Source of the DNA: a virus
Lineage: Duplodnaviria > Caudoviricetes
IMG/VR virus record: IMGVR_UViG_3300017989_000014
Location: 1-60,867 of that record
Reading direction: 5' to 3' (one strand)
Length of the DNA: 60,867 bases
The notes under the pieces are model-generated. The model saw only the letters and a list, made by a program, of their open reading frames with translations. It made no database searches and was not told the DNA's origin. A program made the position numbers and the translations under genes. Numbering within the stretch: the stretch's first letter is position 1; the number at the start of each line of letters is the position of its first letter. Below, piece by piece: positions 26,201 through 32,966 of this stretch.

Positions 26201-27255
26201 GTCGACACACTGCCGTCAGCGTTCTTGATCGGCTTGTGCTTCTTCGGGTCCAGGATTCTCTGTACGAACGGTTTGTCGCTATGCTTCCCGAGGACCTCTT
26301 TAATACGGTCCTGCTCGCGCCGCTCTGCTCCAGGCTCAGGCAGCGCGCCAGCACGCCATGCACCGCGCCAGTCGTACTTGTAGTTCTCGTCATCTGGATT
26401 CGGATTGATGCCGAGGAGAGCAGCTTTTTCCTCGAAGTCCTTTCGGAAAGCCCTCTCGTCGTCCGGATGCAGCTTCGTCCGTGTGCGCGGCACACCTTCA
26501 CGTGCCTGCTTCTCTGCGAGCGCCATGGCCACGTTCTTCCACGCCTCTCGCTCTTCTGCCTGATACGCGGCAACAGCGTCCCGCAAGTTGGTCGCATTCT
26601 TGAACGCTTCCGAGCTACCCGTAGGCCCGATGGCGTGTGGAGTAATGAGGCGCTGGCCCCACATAGTGGCTTTCCCGCCAAAATTACCTATCGGTCCAAG
26701 GCCGATACTCGTAGAAGGAGTTACCTCCGTCTCGTACTCATACGTCTCAGTGGCCATCTTCTGGATCTCTTCCCAGTTCATGGCCTTCCGGATGTCCAGG
26801 TCTGCGATCTTGCCGTCGATAATCTTGCCTGGGGGCATGTCGAAGGTTTGACCGTCTTTCGTCACAAACCTGTTTCGCCCGTCGATCCAGGCAATCTCAA
26901 CGGGGTCGCCAGTGGTGCTGTCGATATACTTGTTGACGACACGCACAATGCGGTGGGGGTGGTCAGGATGCTTCCAGCGAGACGCCCAATGATGATCCTT
27001 GTCGGTTCTTGGATCTACACCACCCTTCCACGCGCCACGATAATCGTAGTTGCCACGGTCAGGATTTACCGGCTCGTCCAGCTCCTGGTTGACGTCATCG
27101 AGCCAGGAACGGAAGTCGCGCTCTTCATCCAGCGTGAGCGTTGTATTCCACTCATGGTCCGGTCCACGCATCGGGCTGAGGTCGGGAGTCCATTCAATGT
27201 CCGAAGCCTCGCCACCATCTGCGATCCTGGCTTCAACCTCGTCGAAAAAACCCAT
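14281..27255 (-). CDS. Giant polyvalent virion/ejection protein (4324 aa): Strawberry-notch-type SF2 helicase, zincin HExxH domain, LPD38-like C-terminus
   Basis: IIGDDTGTGKGR, MILDESH, YLSATYAKRP, STGVSMH, QMFGRVNRSGQ; VLAHELGH...ELYAEAW; C-terminal NP.IK......N..DSWTGRPI; last gene of the structural operon. Confidence 0.88.
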   Translation of the reverse strand: MGFFDEVEARIADGGEASDIEWTPDLSPMRGPDHEWNTTLTLDEERDFRSWLDDVNQELDEPVNPDRGNYDYRGAWKGGVDPRTDKDHHWASRWKHPDHPHRIVRVVNKYIDSTTGDPVEIAWIDGRNRFVTKDGQTFDMPPGKIIDGKIADLDIRKAMNWEEIQKMATETYEYETEVTPSTSIGLGPIGNFGGKATMWGQRLITPHAIGPTGSSEAFKNATNLRDAVAAYQAEEREAWKNVAMALAEKQAREGVPRTRTKLHPDDERAFRKDFEEKAALLGINPNPDDENYKYDWRGAWRAGALPEPGAERREQDRIKEVLGKHSDKPFVQRILDPKKHKPIKNADGSVSTHKMAYAETDEGAIVFPTVVAGEDGKLVELPHDKAVEHAKKTGNAIQFPTVDEAEWFSMNYKKAWEPQKSAGDVDLHPAFLDDDHHERFRGKTDRKLNGQWAVRNAEREARGREMARAEAEGAVFCELQWMFDNFIPPERLIKNPEFLKKHFGTDDLVEIAQNLNDAKIQQSLSMYHAAGGVGKDGHWLFAAPKLKKDYTPKEYQQMEPVGAWDLVKKSWENGDFANNIPWSPTGLFKALFKKGVFDRFINNAYLDTEQGKSMQQRDAALIFNWLEEAEELSNREWTRSAKVGSGVMRSLPHMVEFGTSMGMFSGLKSALKAGAYRYGRKALRDYLETAGAKGLMKRIGGEFAKWGGRAGLRTLPQVHRYGAEALHMMSDHELTDDGRLLISEFHDRPMAAIATAAFRQYVENFGEEGSEMLFKPLWMLRQSGKYATKFDTVPGLAKSHNILNRIANGWRAANKAKAARWAKGTLKAGGFDGIFFEIGEERLADSILIGFNMDPRASGDKRGKLERLVGAHTDLDQYFTELGIFALIGGTPGVAGAGQQMRRGRRMGKVEERRRSVPLAQRMEERGKVFGYLASDKDGDIVGPHGTSRRDRAVDIARLLQDKLKQPERRIGVLAAVLRGREANKETTPKRLRDVVDHIDGRAADLIKKAADNNGLDEVEQFELEALFSIEDPMIVAKLYGWEIDEAEAERNPELASSWKKEARRTTDVKKPPKVDRVEVTFTDGADPKLSEYLKGYLGDDVVDNMSDEEKLRLGNDFEAMAEFMEPGEDADTLTEEQRQDSVLEEYEAEQAELAEKLAQEKKEADRLFQARISSQLGPENVSTAQEALDMAMEWMPYREVAEEYAEAFAAGDSKKADGIWNKAVKDARVQLARRMKRGQQVKKSTARMAGIKRADLKRMGYESQGQFWGVKQPQTAEEKQRAKDIAAATARRKAAKQEGKQEAYEERKAAEEKAAAEQAEREAEEARRATVQGELEDIAAKRKTVADAIAELPGPERVEIEQMQAELDERLEAVEEGAEPSPERRKAEAEGLQGIVDKIASMEEIRAAAAKDKAEKIQAVAETIEKEVQRPDFDYLSQGKIQRIAPGTSFQDAGELLKTLVERKVLAPPDEAGRYLPAVTDTVTDAAPDGTVLYGGNGPATAVAELKPTELGDVRITTGPRLGRLGGMVIGEVPTMTAAESIARKILGPAAQEKGLAERVADLTESEINPILGELGQRKVEGDTNYNPFERAMADSVNLDLPGAIDKEATDELVVSPRPDADGGTVSPADRAGEPEGTAVPPAVPDQAGTDIAPGEGPGQPGSAGLPGDGRSGGRGPRGDGTGAAEGGKPAEPVGRGPEVIPEPAGDGGPGGEGAAGTGREAGPGEGRGDAEGDAAGPESPAEPGGEAGGTPATGVDESTPGVAEGDVDPGDIFDDLKDVFSMAVPRGPGGRLAMASAVDPEILMKVAQAGKRLVNEKGVTDFYRFAKVFRDNLGEGTTPYLPSAYVSIYKRADAAIREKMTDPRVVGQMTPQDVVDMLEQGAAEADAKQAEAKEAEAQKKAEEEAAAKKKAEEDRLGDEGISFTVEYEPRSANKAGGVLVPRNMRDAIHAAIDALEKDVGMTVDAYVADQLGLGTDEAAIKRLHSAFYGHQVDALGMSMYQTENDGALIIGDDTGTGKGRIGAGMLLWSIKNGKKPIFLTAKKDLLTDIYRDLQAVSKALGKKLPVPFVLNEVDVMDPESGGTEVLFKKKSGKEKADFGKQYTQGVKAPFMEGKDLVMGTYSQIAQGGVNKKLFLAVASQDNMMILDESHMAAGADSNTGVMVRAMLEGAGENPRAEGVTYLSATYAKRPDTLGLYIRTQLGKVGMNHSDLVAALEAGGVPMQEWIAEALALKGQMVRREKDFSGIEFGPLTPYESSGYMEAEEKRKMLEEAADKLGVSMKAIWAWDSRLQKLVSKIVLPRLVAEGKIKVDKKTGQPVYNWAEYKELYHTTVNYFLLSAKADAAVAETLRYLNQPGESGDRSLVITTQNTMETVIDDMTDSRIWDGETLPTDFSGVLVWMMNKTLRQFSYTDAAGKKDNIYWITDADLKAAGLLDEFKAEVAKVKASQLGIPFSSYDYIRDQLEANGIKVAEASGRKNKIKDGKLVPRSTEERNTRTVIDGFNRGDFRVVIGNSTISTGVSMHTAPEFQNDDQRVMLTIQPHEEVNTQVQMFGRVNRSGQIKLPEIRLLQTHLPIELRPHGVLMKKMASLNANVSAEAETSLKYGSVDLFDKFGDRIVWDLFNNDRELGEQMLVAYQDDGTMAKTSWNKQEGFAKRALLRANLLPVKEQRKLWDRVLQSYLDQMDQLDEDLANPNKTYHLEWDAVELPDKGKIPISFGSDQSNPLTSSATAKWYRVKNLKRPPSWKDVQERVEKNKGQVSAALRIIQEQSMPWARELMKEGTGARGSRAMRQIREAVRFLNGDTQEELRIGAVYDVSEKGHETDIRERGKWHMGMVLTGVKVDQNATNPAARSNVYLFFADPKSSRTMKLPWSKVSWMYNRAREIAERRAKDEGAANSNTARATDLDYARVRRDIGKSWDARRGQEYSDIQLVTGNLLQAMSSVIALGGGGTVVNFTMADGSTMRGVKPKNEIEAAPHVTVDKDNLMKIINGANDSGVLNIAVSAGPWRLELMLGDGRVNVELLKGKVGNALKDSEGLLDLLDEEAMTETKRSWVGTMPAFDMESLVELIALTHPAFEVDSGAVPADLTESLTHASPDMSTKPLRMGKLNDGFDHADLIGGGRPEAPLTPEQAKAIMDAREVGSWSMQEDLEYRVEMPELVMLCKALLNKYPRLADSLGKGVLGHFVPKKGKTEIALKFALINNPELAAKVLAHELGHMNDYFDKENIVREDNILNILGRIADFAAFQKDLIAATPEAYEKNPEVNKEAREKLREEAKAEAKAEMEKLGLKPEGTQYREMWKELFRDKMKQASHDLGVYTKEEIRYELERLTAWWNPWNIGEDKKYDTYRLSSVELYAEAWSVLLMAPESMRIKAPKSYRMIMSWMSRKPKVKALYDQIQKDIRSGEARGARLDNNIGQMFADHEEVLRTRHAMRGAVFTGALSWIKRNFYRRAEPLHKRTAKWRKEQGVKGVSEDPMVELRKLAYTDAAANMYLRDFKRDIIDRLEEIGADPVDFAKYLFLRRARTEREELWNPGGFIGETAKDTDEALEERVGSEIYALFGELRKKLFQLREHHIFPVLVQEGMYTKKLYDKILTNEDYVTFDVTKFLEDRLGSEGLGMIHKQVGTLEGIGNVLDATVMKDLSLLMNGYANRAKRKTIQWMLNNTDMKEIQPAKTHRVSIGRRKVWDEKANDWVEKEVFVRQPKEPRNKNWGLVTILQNGQIKGYYVPKELADLFTKDVFLGDVVFKTLSALAQPFKEMYVGMNPFFSIWNAQRDFRATVKQLPQLGAVKGPWTLLKYYGKAWTDTWADVVRGEQSETVRWMYENRALIAGRGHGMARPYLALKRGKLPSWYSSDEAGSVERLFDEYQIRELKGKKRSPLNPLRWLGGLKNFLQNYNRFWELLPKVAGAKFLRERTDLPEDKIVDLLLTRVGSPDFRDGGALRLIYNNIWIFSNAQTVGIQSAVETVKETPITYAVKTVLYDIIPMALKYAALYGLLPWPDEWKETMQEIMKRVRKHDMHRKHIIPLWLTEEGEAAYAILPMDFQGEMAVGALSALFESINDKDITNFNKFLQGEMPFSRLNPVIKIAQVAWQYNQGSNPIDSWTGRPIIDPNRMEAGGKYAAEDIFRWFWNQTLGGMTARANRSGLRTVRGDFEERIKGTWFVEPAVSRLIRFSNRKEFPMDDPEVRKAGRMDARNSEGARKTIRKHIEAFGREKPSSKALAKARLAAYKEAKAKGYIPKSYKFGYWKRRWDNALVTRWGSQVDRVKRYASKSQRRVLDGIDGGDLLGDPNKITPINRTAPMFDSDALDDAILEHLEGK
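21948..22421 (-). CDS. Nested +1-frame gene (157 aa) inside the giant gene
   Basis: AAGGAGG 6 nt before ATG 22421, dedicated upstream promoter, helical-looking product; coincides with a P/G/E-rich linker in the main frame. Confidence 0.72.
   Translation of the reverse strand: MSWWYHPDLMPTEELYLLLTVPGNPKEQPYRLLYQTKLARILRRVRDQDNQDLRDYLETGDPVDVDQGAMEPAQQKGASLLNLSDAVLKSFRNLQAMEALVEKALRGQDVKPDLEKVEGTLKETPLDPKARPNPEEKLEVHQLQEWTNLLREWLKGT
22538..22566 (-). promoter_or_regulatory. Internal sigma70 promoter within the giant gene
   Basis: TTGACT (22566-22561), 17-nt spacer, TATACT (22543-22538). Confidence 0.75.
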
Positions 27256-27275
27256 GGCAACCTCCAGTCAAGGTG

Positions 27276-28634
27276 CTACTCGTTATCGAACGCGGACAAC
27301 GCTTTATACACCTCAAGCGCGTCCTTGACAGCAGCCTCCGTCCAAGGCACCTGCGCCTGCGGAAGTCCGCTCGACGGGTCCGTCTCGGCAAGCACCTTTT
27401 TCGCCCATGATTTCCAATGGTCGAACTCGTCTTGCGTGATAACGCCGTCACCGTGCGTGTCCAGCCGTTTGAAAACATCGTCAGGAAGGTCGATCTTCTC
27501 ACGAGGGATAGACATGCCACGAGGTGGCCCACCTGCAGCCTGCCCGCCAGGGCCAACAGCAGGACCACCAACGCCCTGCTCTACACCTTCTGCGTACCGG
27601 CGCGCCATTCCGGCACTTACCTGCCTGCGCTGTGCCTGCTCGCGACGGATGATGCCGTTCAGCGCGTGCCATGGAGTGGTGCGCCTGAAATCTACAGCCT
27701 TCTTCTTCCCGGCCAGTGTCTGCGTCAGCTTTTCGACTTCTGCTCGCAGATCGTTCCGCTTCTTTGTGTATTCTGCGGTCGCACCCTTGGTCTTGAACAT
27801 GGGAGGAGTCATCTCTTTCAATTGGAGACTCTTCGCCTTCAATTGCTCCTCCAGCGCCGTGAGCTTGCCCGGGTTCTTCGGGGTTAACTGGAGGGCTGTA
27901 GCGATATCCGCAAACGAGGTGCGGGGATCGTCCAGCATAGCTTCGATCCCTTCGGCCATCGTTTTGCCGAACGGGTTCTCTGCGCCTTCTTCGCCTGCGA
28001 CCCGCTCGTCGACACCTTCGTACAGATCCTTGAGCTGAGTCAGGCGCACAGCGCGTCTCTGCGCCTTGAGGTCCTGACCAATACGCTTGTAGCGCTCCGC
28101 TACCTGGGAGCCAAGGATTCCCATCTCTGCCAGCTCCTGGCGATTCCATACCCTGGTGCTCTGGTCTTCGTTCGTGATGACCATGTTGCCTTCCGAATCG
28201 ATATTGACGTCAATCGCCTGCTTCGAGCCAGGAGGAAGTGACATATTCAGGTCGCGGAGAGCGATCTCGGGAAGGTCGAACAAGGCCATGTGGTAGGATG
28301 ACTGGAGCATTCCTTTGCGGGCTTTCGAGCCAAGACTCTTCGCCTTGCGGCCATAGCGCTCGGATTCAGCACGCGCCTTGCGCCACTCGATGGTCGCTTC
28401 GACATCCGCTTTCCACAACTCATGCCGTTCGCGCTCCTTTTCCATCGACCAGTCGTGCTTCTCACGATCCCAGCCGTGCTTCTCTTGGCGCATATCCCAC
28501 TCTTCGCCCTTGCGCTCTTCCTGCTTGTCGATACGCGCTTCAGCACGATCCTCACGCTTCCACTTACGCCCGCGCTCCATACCACCCATGAAGCCCCCGA
28601 TGGCGCTTGATACTGTAGTTGGTCTGATTGCCAT
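27276..28634 (-). CDS. Putative internal virion / DNA ejection protein with EF-hand-like loop
   Basis: N-terminal AIGGFMGGMERG, long helical body, DTHGDGVITQDE; sits between the pilot-like and giant genes. Confidence 0.6.
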   Translation of the reverse strand: MAIRPTTVSSAIGGFMGGMERGRKWKREDRAEARIDKQEERKGEEWDMRQEKHGWDREKHDWSMEKERERHELWKADVEATIEWRKARAESERYGRKAKSLGSKARKGMLQSSYHMALFDLPEIALRDLNMSLPPGSKQAIDVNIDSEGNMVITNEDQSTRVWNRQELAEMGILGSQVAERYKRIGQDLKAQRRAVRLTQLKDLYEGVDERVAGEEGAENPFGKTMAEGIEAMLDDPRTSFADIATALQLTPKNPGKLTALEEQLKAKSLQLKEMTPPMFKTKGATAEYTKKRNDLRAEVEKLTQTLAGKKKAVDFRRTTPWHALNGIIRREQAQRRQVSAGMARRYAEGVEQGVGGPAVGPGGQAAGGPPRGMSIPREKIDLPDDVFKRLDTHGDGVITQDEFDHWKSWAKKVLAETDPSSGLPQAQVPWTEAAVKDALEVYKALSAFDNE

Positions 28635-28645
28635 TGGTCTGCCTC

Positions 28646-29803
28646 CTAGCCCCAAGCCATTCCGCTATCTCCGCCCCAGCTCGAACTCCCGGCTGGAGTT
28701 GTTGTCGGGTTCGTGGAAATTTGATATCCACCGTAATCCCCATCCCACGAATCTAGGTAATCTCCTCCGTATCCGATAGTGCCTGAAGCACCGAGGCCGC
28801 TCTGGCTACCGGAAGAGAACTTTTGACCCACCATCCGCCCGGCTTGCCCGCCTACGGCACCACCAGCAGGCCCGCCGAAGTACCAGCCAGCAGCGGTACC
28901 AGCGAGGCCGAAGATGTTGCCCCACATGGCGTCTTCGCTCTGCTGAGCCTGCGCACGCATCGCCATGTCGGTTTCGTACTTCTTCATGGCAAGCTCGGCA
29001 TTCGCAATGGATGCCCTCGTGTTGAGCTGTGCTGCGGTTGCCCAGGCGTTACCATAAATCTGCGCGCCGCGCCCGCCGGTAGCACCGGCTTGGCTCAGTC
29101 CCTCTATGGCCTGCGCCTTCTGCGCCCGCTGTTCCGGGATAAGTGCGCGGCCAAGCTCAATCGCTTGCAGCCTGCGCTTATCGTTGAGGTCACGGACATA
29201 CTTGCGGGCCTGATTCCTCGCACCGGCCTCTGCCGCAGCTCGGGCCACAGCCATCTCCGACTGGGTCGACGCATACTGAGGGCTGGAAGGGTCAAGGCCA
29301 AGGCCGCGCAGTTCACGGTCTCGTGACTGCTTCGCCTTCGTGAAGCTCTGCGTGATGTCCGCCACAGACTCACCGAGTGCTTGCTGGACAGGGAATCCGG
29401 CAAATGCTGCCTTCGTCCATCTCCTCTCCCCGGGGCGATAGTACTTCTTGTATTCCTTCCAGAGGACATCGCTTCGCGTATTAGCCTGCTTCGCGTACTC
29501 GGCCTGCTGCTCCATCAACTCGGAGGCTCGCGTGTAGTAATCCTTGAGTTCCTGCGGAACGGATGCACCAGCAATTTCGATGTCGGGATATTCTGGAGGA
29601 GGTCCTTGCTGGCCACCGCCCATCCATTCTCCGAATTCGCCGAACCAGTCCATCCAGTCCCCGGTAAACTGCGCAGCCTGGATCGGATACCAGTCACCAA
29701 CTACGTCCAGGATATCGTCCCACTGCAGCTTGCCTGACCACGTCTTGTCCCAGAAGTCGTTGAACGGGTCTCTTACATTGTCATCCCACCAATCCCATCC
29801 CAT
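28646..29803 (-). CDS. Putative DNA ejection / pilot protein
   Basis: Ala/Gln-rich helices, RGLGLDPSSP motif, C-terminal glycine zipper WGNIFGLAGTAAGWYFGGPAGGAVGG. Confidence 0.65.
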   Translation of the reverse strand: MGWDWWDDNVRDPFNDFWDKTWSGKLQWDDILDVVGDWYPIQAAQFTGDWMDWFGEFGEWMGGGQQGPPPEYPDIEIAGASVPQELKDYYTRASELMEQQAEYAKQANTRSDVLWKEYKKYYRPGERRWTKAAFAGFPVQQALGESVADITQSFTKAKQSRDRELRGLGLDPSSPQYASTQSEMAVARAAAEAGARNQARKYVRDLNDKRRLQAIELGRALIPEQRAQKAQAIEGLSQAGATGGRGAQIYGNAWATAAQLNTRASIANAELAMKKYETDMAMRAQAQQSEDAMWGNIFGLAGTAAGWYFGGPAGGAVGGQAGRMVGQKFSSGSQSGLGASGTIGYGGDYLDSWDGDYGGYQISTNPTTTPAGSSSWGGDSGMAWG

Positions 29804-29816
29804 GGCAAGCTCCTCT

Positions 29817-30668
29817 CTATACAGCGTCGTCTAGGCTATTGGTGGCCCAGTACACGATTCTGACGCGCACATCTCCTGCGAATGTACCTGTCGCGTTGCC
29901 AGCTCCGTCGGTTGCGTAGACCTGGATGTCCATTGCGGTGGCGGTAGTGTTGGCGATTGAGTCTATCTTCAAATTCTTGGTCAGGCCCGACGTCTCACCG
30001 AACTGGTCAGGGTCTGCTGCGACACCGACTCCGATAGCCGTGCATCCCCCCGCACCAGTGATGAGAGTCTCCAGGTTCGCCTGGACCGAAAGGATGTACC
30101 CGGTGAAGTCGATGTTGAGATCCTCGGCTGCAACGGTTGCGCCCGTCACGGTCTCCTCGAACACCTTCAACTCCAACCCTTCAGTGGCCGTCCCTCCGAC
30201 CTGGAGCGCCGTAGCTCCACTGGTGCTGTCATTCGAGTGCAGAGTGTTATCGGACACCTCGCATCCGGTAAGCGTGCCACCGTCGATGGTGCAGCTCCCG
30301 CCAATAGTACCGCCGCTTACCTTGTCCCCGCTGATCGCGTCGTCGTCAAGCGTCAGGATCTGCCCTGTCATATCGATGTCACCTGTAGCGAACCCTGTGC
30401 CAGCGATTGTACCGCCAGTGATCGCTACCGCGTTTGCGTCCTGGGTCGCAATGGTGCCGAGGTTGGACTGATCGATCTGGACCCATGTAGGGCCTGCCGA
30501 GTCGGTGAGAACCCAGAAAGAGTCATTGTCTGCCTGACGGGCAATCTTGCCCTCGTCCGAAGTGCCCAGGCCGGTCGCGCCGGTCCTGGCTGCTGCGTCA
30601 GCGTAGGACCACTGATAGACGATATGGATCTCGCCAGTGCCTACGTCGGAATGTAGTCCTGTTGCCAT
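29817..30668 (-). CDS. Tail fibre/spike-like virion protein (no signal peptide)
   Basis: LGTIATQDANAVAITGGTIAG fibre motif; beta-rich C-terminus. Confidence 0.6.
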   Translation of the reverse strand: MATGLHSDVGTGEIHIVYQWSYADAAARTGATGLGTSDEGKIARQADNDSFWVLTDSAGPTWVQIDQSNLGTIATQDANAVAITGGTIAGTGFATGDIDMTGQILTLDDDAISGDKVSGGTIGGSCTIDGGTLTGCEVSDNTLHSNDSTSGATALQVGGTATEGLELKVFEETVTGATVAAEDLNIDFTGYILSVQANLETLITGAGGCTAIGVGVAADPDQFGETSGLTKNLKIDSIANTTATAMDIQVYATDGAGNATGTFAGDVRVRIVYWATNSLDDAV

Positions 30669-30669
30669 G

Positions 30670-31032
30670 TTATGCGTCCTCTGGGTCTACGAAGTCGGTC
30701 CTGATAGGCTGACTTACTAGTTGCGCTCCTGAAGAATCGACGATAGGGATGCCAGTCGTGGTCGTGAGGATGAATTGCGTGTACTCGAACTCCGGGTCGG
30801 TGATCGGCGCGATCTCGTCGATTGGAGTGGTGGTGACGGTCTTGTCGTACAGCGTGACATTATCCTCGGCCACGCCGATCAGCCCCATCTCTGTCAGGTC
30901 CGACACCAGCAGGGCTCGGTCTTCCGTAGGCCCGCGCTCGCCGAACAGGACCTCAAGGCGCTCACGCATTGCCTCCAGGATGTCCCTGAGGTTCTTGTCC
31001 TCGATTCGCTGCGGTGACGGTATCCTTCTCAC
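30670..31032 (-). CDS. Tail-associated hypothetical protein
   Basis: L..MRERLEVL.GERG...DRA....DL pattern, located after the tail nozzle gene. Confidence 0.55.
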   Translation of the reverse strand: MRRIPSPQRIEDKNLRDILEAMRERLEVLFGERGPTEDRALLVSDLTEMGLIGVAEDNVTLYDKTVTTTPIDEIAPITDPEFEYTQFILTTTTGIPIVDSSGAQLVSQPIRTDFVDPEDA

Positions 31033-32966
31033 AGGTCCCTCATGCTCGTGCTCATGGTAATCTCGATGATCTCGTATTGCGACTCGACCTCAACCGACCA
31101 GCGGCGCTCGTCACGCTTCACTGGGATACGCTTGGCCCGCTCGCTGGTGAACGTATGCGTCCACACGAGGTCCTCCTCGGCGTAGATACGAAAGATGACG
31201 GGATAGCCCTCGGCCTTCACCTGGGCAACGGAGAAGGAACCAGTCCTGGCATAGAGGAACTGCTTGCTCCTCCATGTGGCCGTCAGAGGGTTGCTACCCT
31301 GGTTCCAGGCAGTGAGCTTCCCATCTTGGATCAGGTAAAGCGTGTCGTCTTCCAGGTTCGCGTGCCCGCCTGTAGCGAGTTGATCGGTTGTGACTAGCGC
31401 TCGCCCGCCAGCCGACGGATCGAATATCAGCGCTGTGCCGTCCGTGAACCAGCAGTGGTATCGGTTGTCATGCGCCTTGGCTATCATCGTCGCAGGATCA
31501 AGCGCCTTCCACTGTTTCTTCGAGTAGAACGACGTCGTGAGCACTTGGCTGTTCGCCCCATTCACGGCAATTAAACCGTCCGGACTTGCGTATATTACCA
31601 AGGCCGCAGCGATATCACCGAACGTAACTACAGACCTCTTGGCCGAACACGCCTGCCTGGAGTTGCTTCGGTCGACGCTCATGTACAGCGGGTCATTCCC
31701 GGTGATGAAATGCGGATGTCCAGTCGTAAGCACGATGACCTGATTCAGCGTGTACGCAATCGCCACGATGTCCTCGTCAATCGTCTTGGCGTAGTCATCC
31801 GGCCATGCGTGCGGGCGGTTCGGCTCCGAGAAGTACACCGTCTTGCCGACGAACCCGGCCATCACTCCGTTCGTGCATTCAATCAGGCCGGTCAGGTCGT
31901 CTGGAGGCCCTTCCCAATCCACGGACGGCAGGATCTCGTTGACGTCAGCGTCCAGGGTTGTGTCTAGATACGACGTCGTCCCGATATCCAGCTCGGTAAT
32001 GAAGAAGTAGGACGTCCCGCTGGTACCAGTCACCGTCCTGTACACCCTGATGTTCGTGATGTTGTAGTCGCCAGTTGGCGCGCCAGGGATATTCGTGAGC
32101 TGGCAATCCTCCGTAGGCTGGATGGCAACCACGGTGGACGGGTCGGAAGGAGGCCCTTCCTCTCCGAAGGCCGAGACATACGTCAGGACGTACGTGCGGT
32201 CTGCGGTGTAGTCAGAGGCCCGGGAGGTGTCGAAAGACAGCCTGAGGCGCGCTGAGGGGTCACCAGACGCCGGATAGCCGATCTTGCCGGTCACCCTGGC
32301 TCCGTTCAGGTAGAAATCGGTGTTCGCTGCGTATACGGAGTTGCTCGGGTAGCACGCACCGAGGTACACGCCCGTCTCGCTGTATGCCTGGAACCACATC
32401 ATGAAGTTGGCGTCGTCGGTGGCGGTCGTCTTCGCCGGGAGCGTCTCGATCTTGAATACCGATAGCTGCGACTGCTGGAAGACAGTCTCTCCGCCGTACT
32501 CGCCCTCTGTCAGGTCTCCCTCCTGGGACACCGTCCCGTCCTCTTCTTCATAAAAATAATACCACGTGCGGGTCCAGGTCGTCTCCAGTGCGTCCACGGC
32601 TTCCACCGTAGGGGGAGAAGCGGGGGCCGGGATGCCAAGCGTGTACTCGACCTCGTTGCCGTCCAGGATGCCACGGACCTTCGGGACTCCGTCCCCGGTG
32701 TAGTAGATTCGGTCGTAGAGGTCCTCAGCGACGGGGCTTTTCACCACATCGACATCCGTTGCCCACTCCAGCCAGTTGCCGTTGTACGGGAAGACTGACA
32801 CCGTGTCGGACTGCAAGTCCTGGATCTCGTTCGGCTCATCGAAAGGAAGGACGGTACCGCCCCAGATATATGCGTTCTCTGCCGTCTGCGCCTGACTGGC
32901 ACCGAGCAAGTTCGGTGCGGCCCGTGGAAGCAGTCCTTCGAATATGCTGATCTTGATCTTAGACAC
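31029..32966 (-). CDS. Tail tubular / nozzle (packaged DNA stabilisation) protein
   Basis: FEGLLPR..P.LL....AQ.A.N, YVLTYVSAFGEEGPPS, FSEP.RPHAWP, YASPDGL, WRSKQF. Confidence 0.75.
   Translation of the reverse strand: MSKIKISIFEGLLPRAAPNLLGASQAQTAENAYIWGGTVLPFDEPNEIQDLQSDTVSVFPYNGNWLEWATDVDVVKSPVAEDLYDRIYYTGDGVPKVRGILDGNEVEYTLGIPAPASPPTVEAVDALETTWTRTWYYFYEEEDGTVSQEGDLTEGEYGGETVFQQSQLSVFKIETLPAKTTATDDANFMMWFQAYSETGVYLGACYPSNSVYAANTDFYLNGARVTGKIGYPASGDPSARLRLSFDTSRASDYTADRTYVLTYVSAFGEEGPPSDPSTVVAIQPTEDCQLTNIPGAPTGDYNITNIRVYRTVTGTSGTSYFFITELDIGTTSYLDTTLDADVNEILPSVDWEGPPDDLTGLIECTNGVMAGFVGKTVYFSEPNRPHAWPDDYAKTIDEDIVAIAYTLNQVIVLTTGHPHFITGNDPLYMSVDRSNSRQACSAKRSVVTFGDIAAALVIYASPDGLIAVNGANSQVLTTSFYSKKQWKALDPATMIAKAHDNRYHCWFTDGTALIFDPSAGGRALVTTDQLATGGHANLEDDTLYLIQDGKLTAWNQGSNPLTATWRSKQFLYARTGSFSVAQVKAEGYPVIFRIYAEEDLVWTHTFTSERAKRIPVKRDERRWSVEVESQYEIIEITMSTSMRDL

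Noticed and set aside
26142-26681. Other same-strand alternative-frame ORFs in the giant gene (also 24777-25049, 19041-19409, 20282-20578)
   Set aside because: R/S/T-rich shadow composition and no SD-plus-promoter combination, unlike 21948-22421.
25750-28038. Long plus-strand ORFs (762 aa here; also 10619-12238, 47956-49512, 15175-16404 and others)
   Set aside because: They are antisense shadows of GC3-rich minus-strand genes, with unnatural composition and no supporting SD or promoter noticed.
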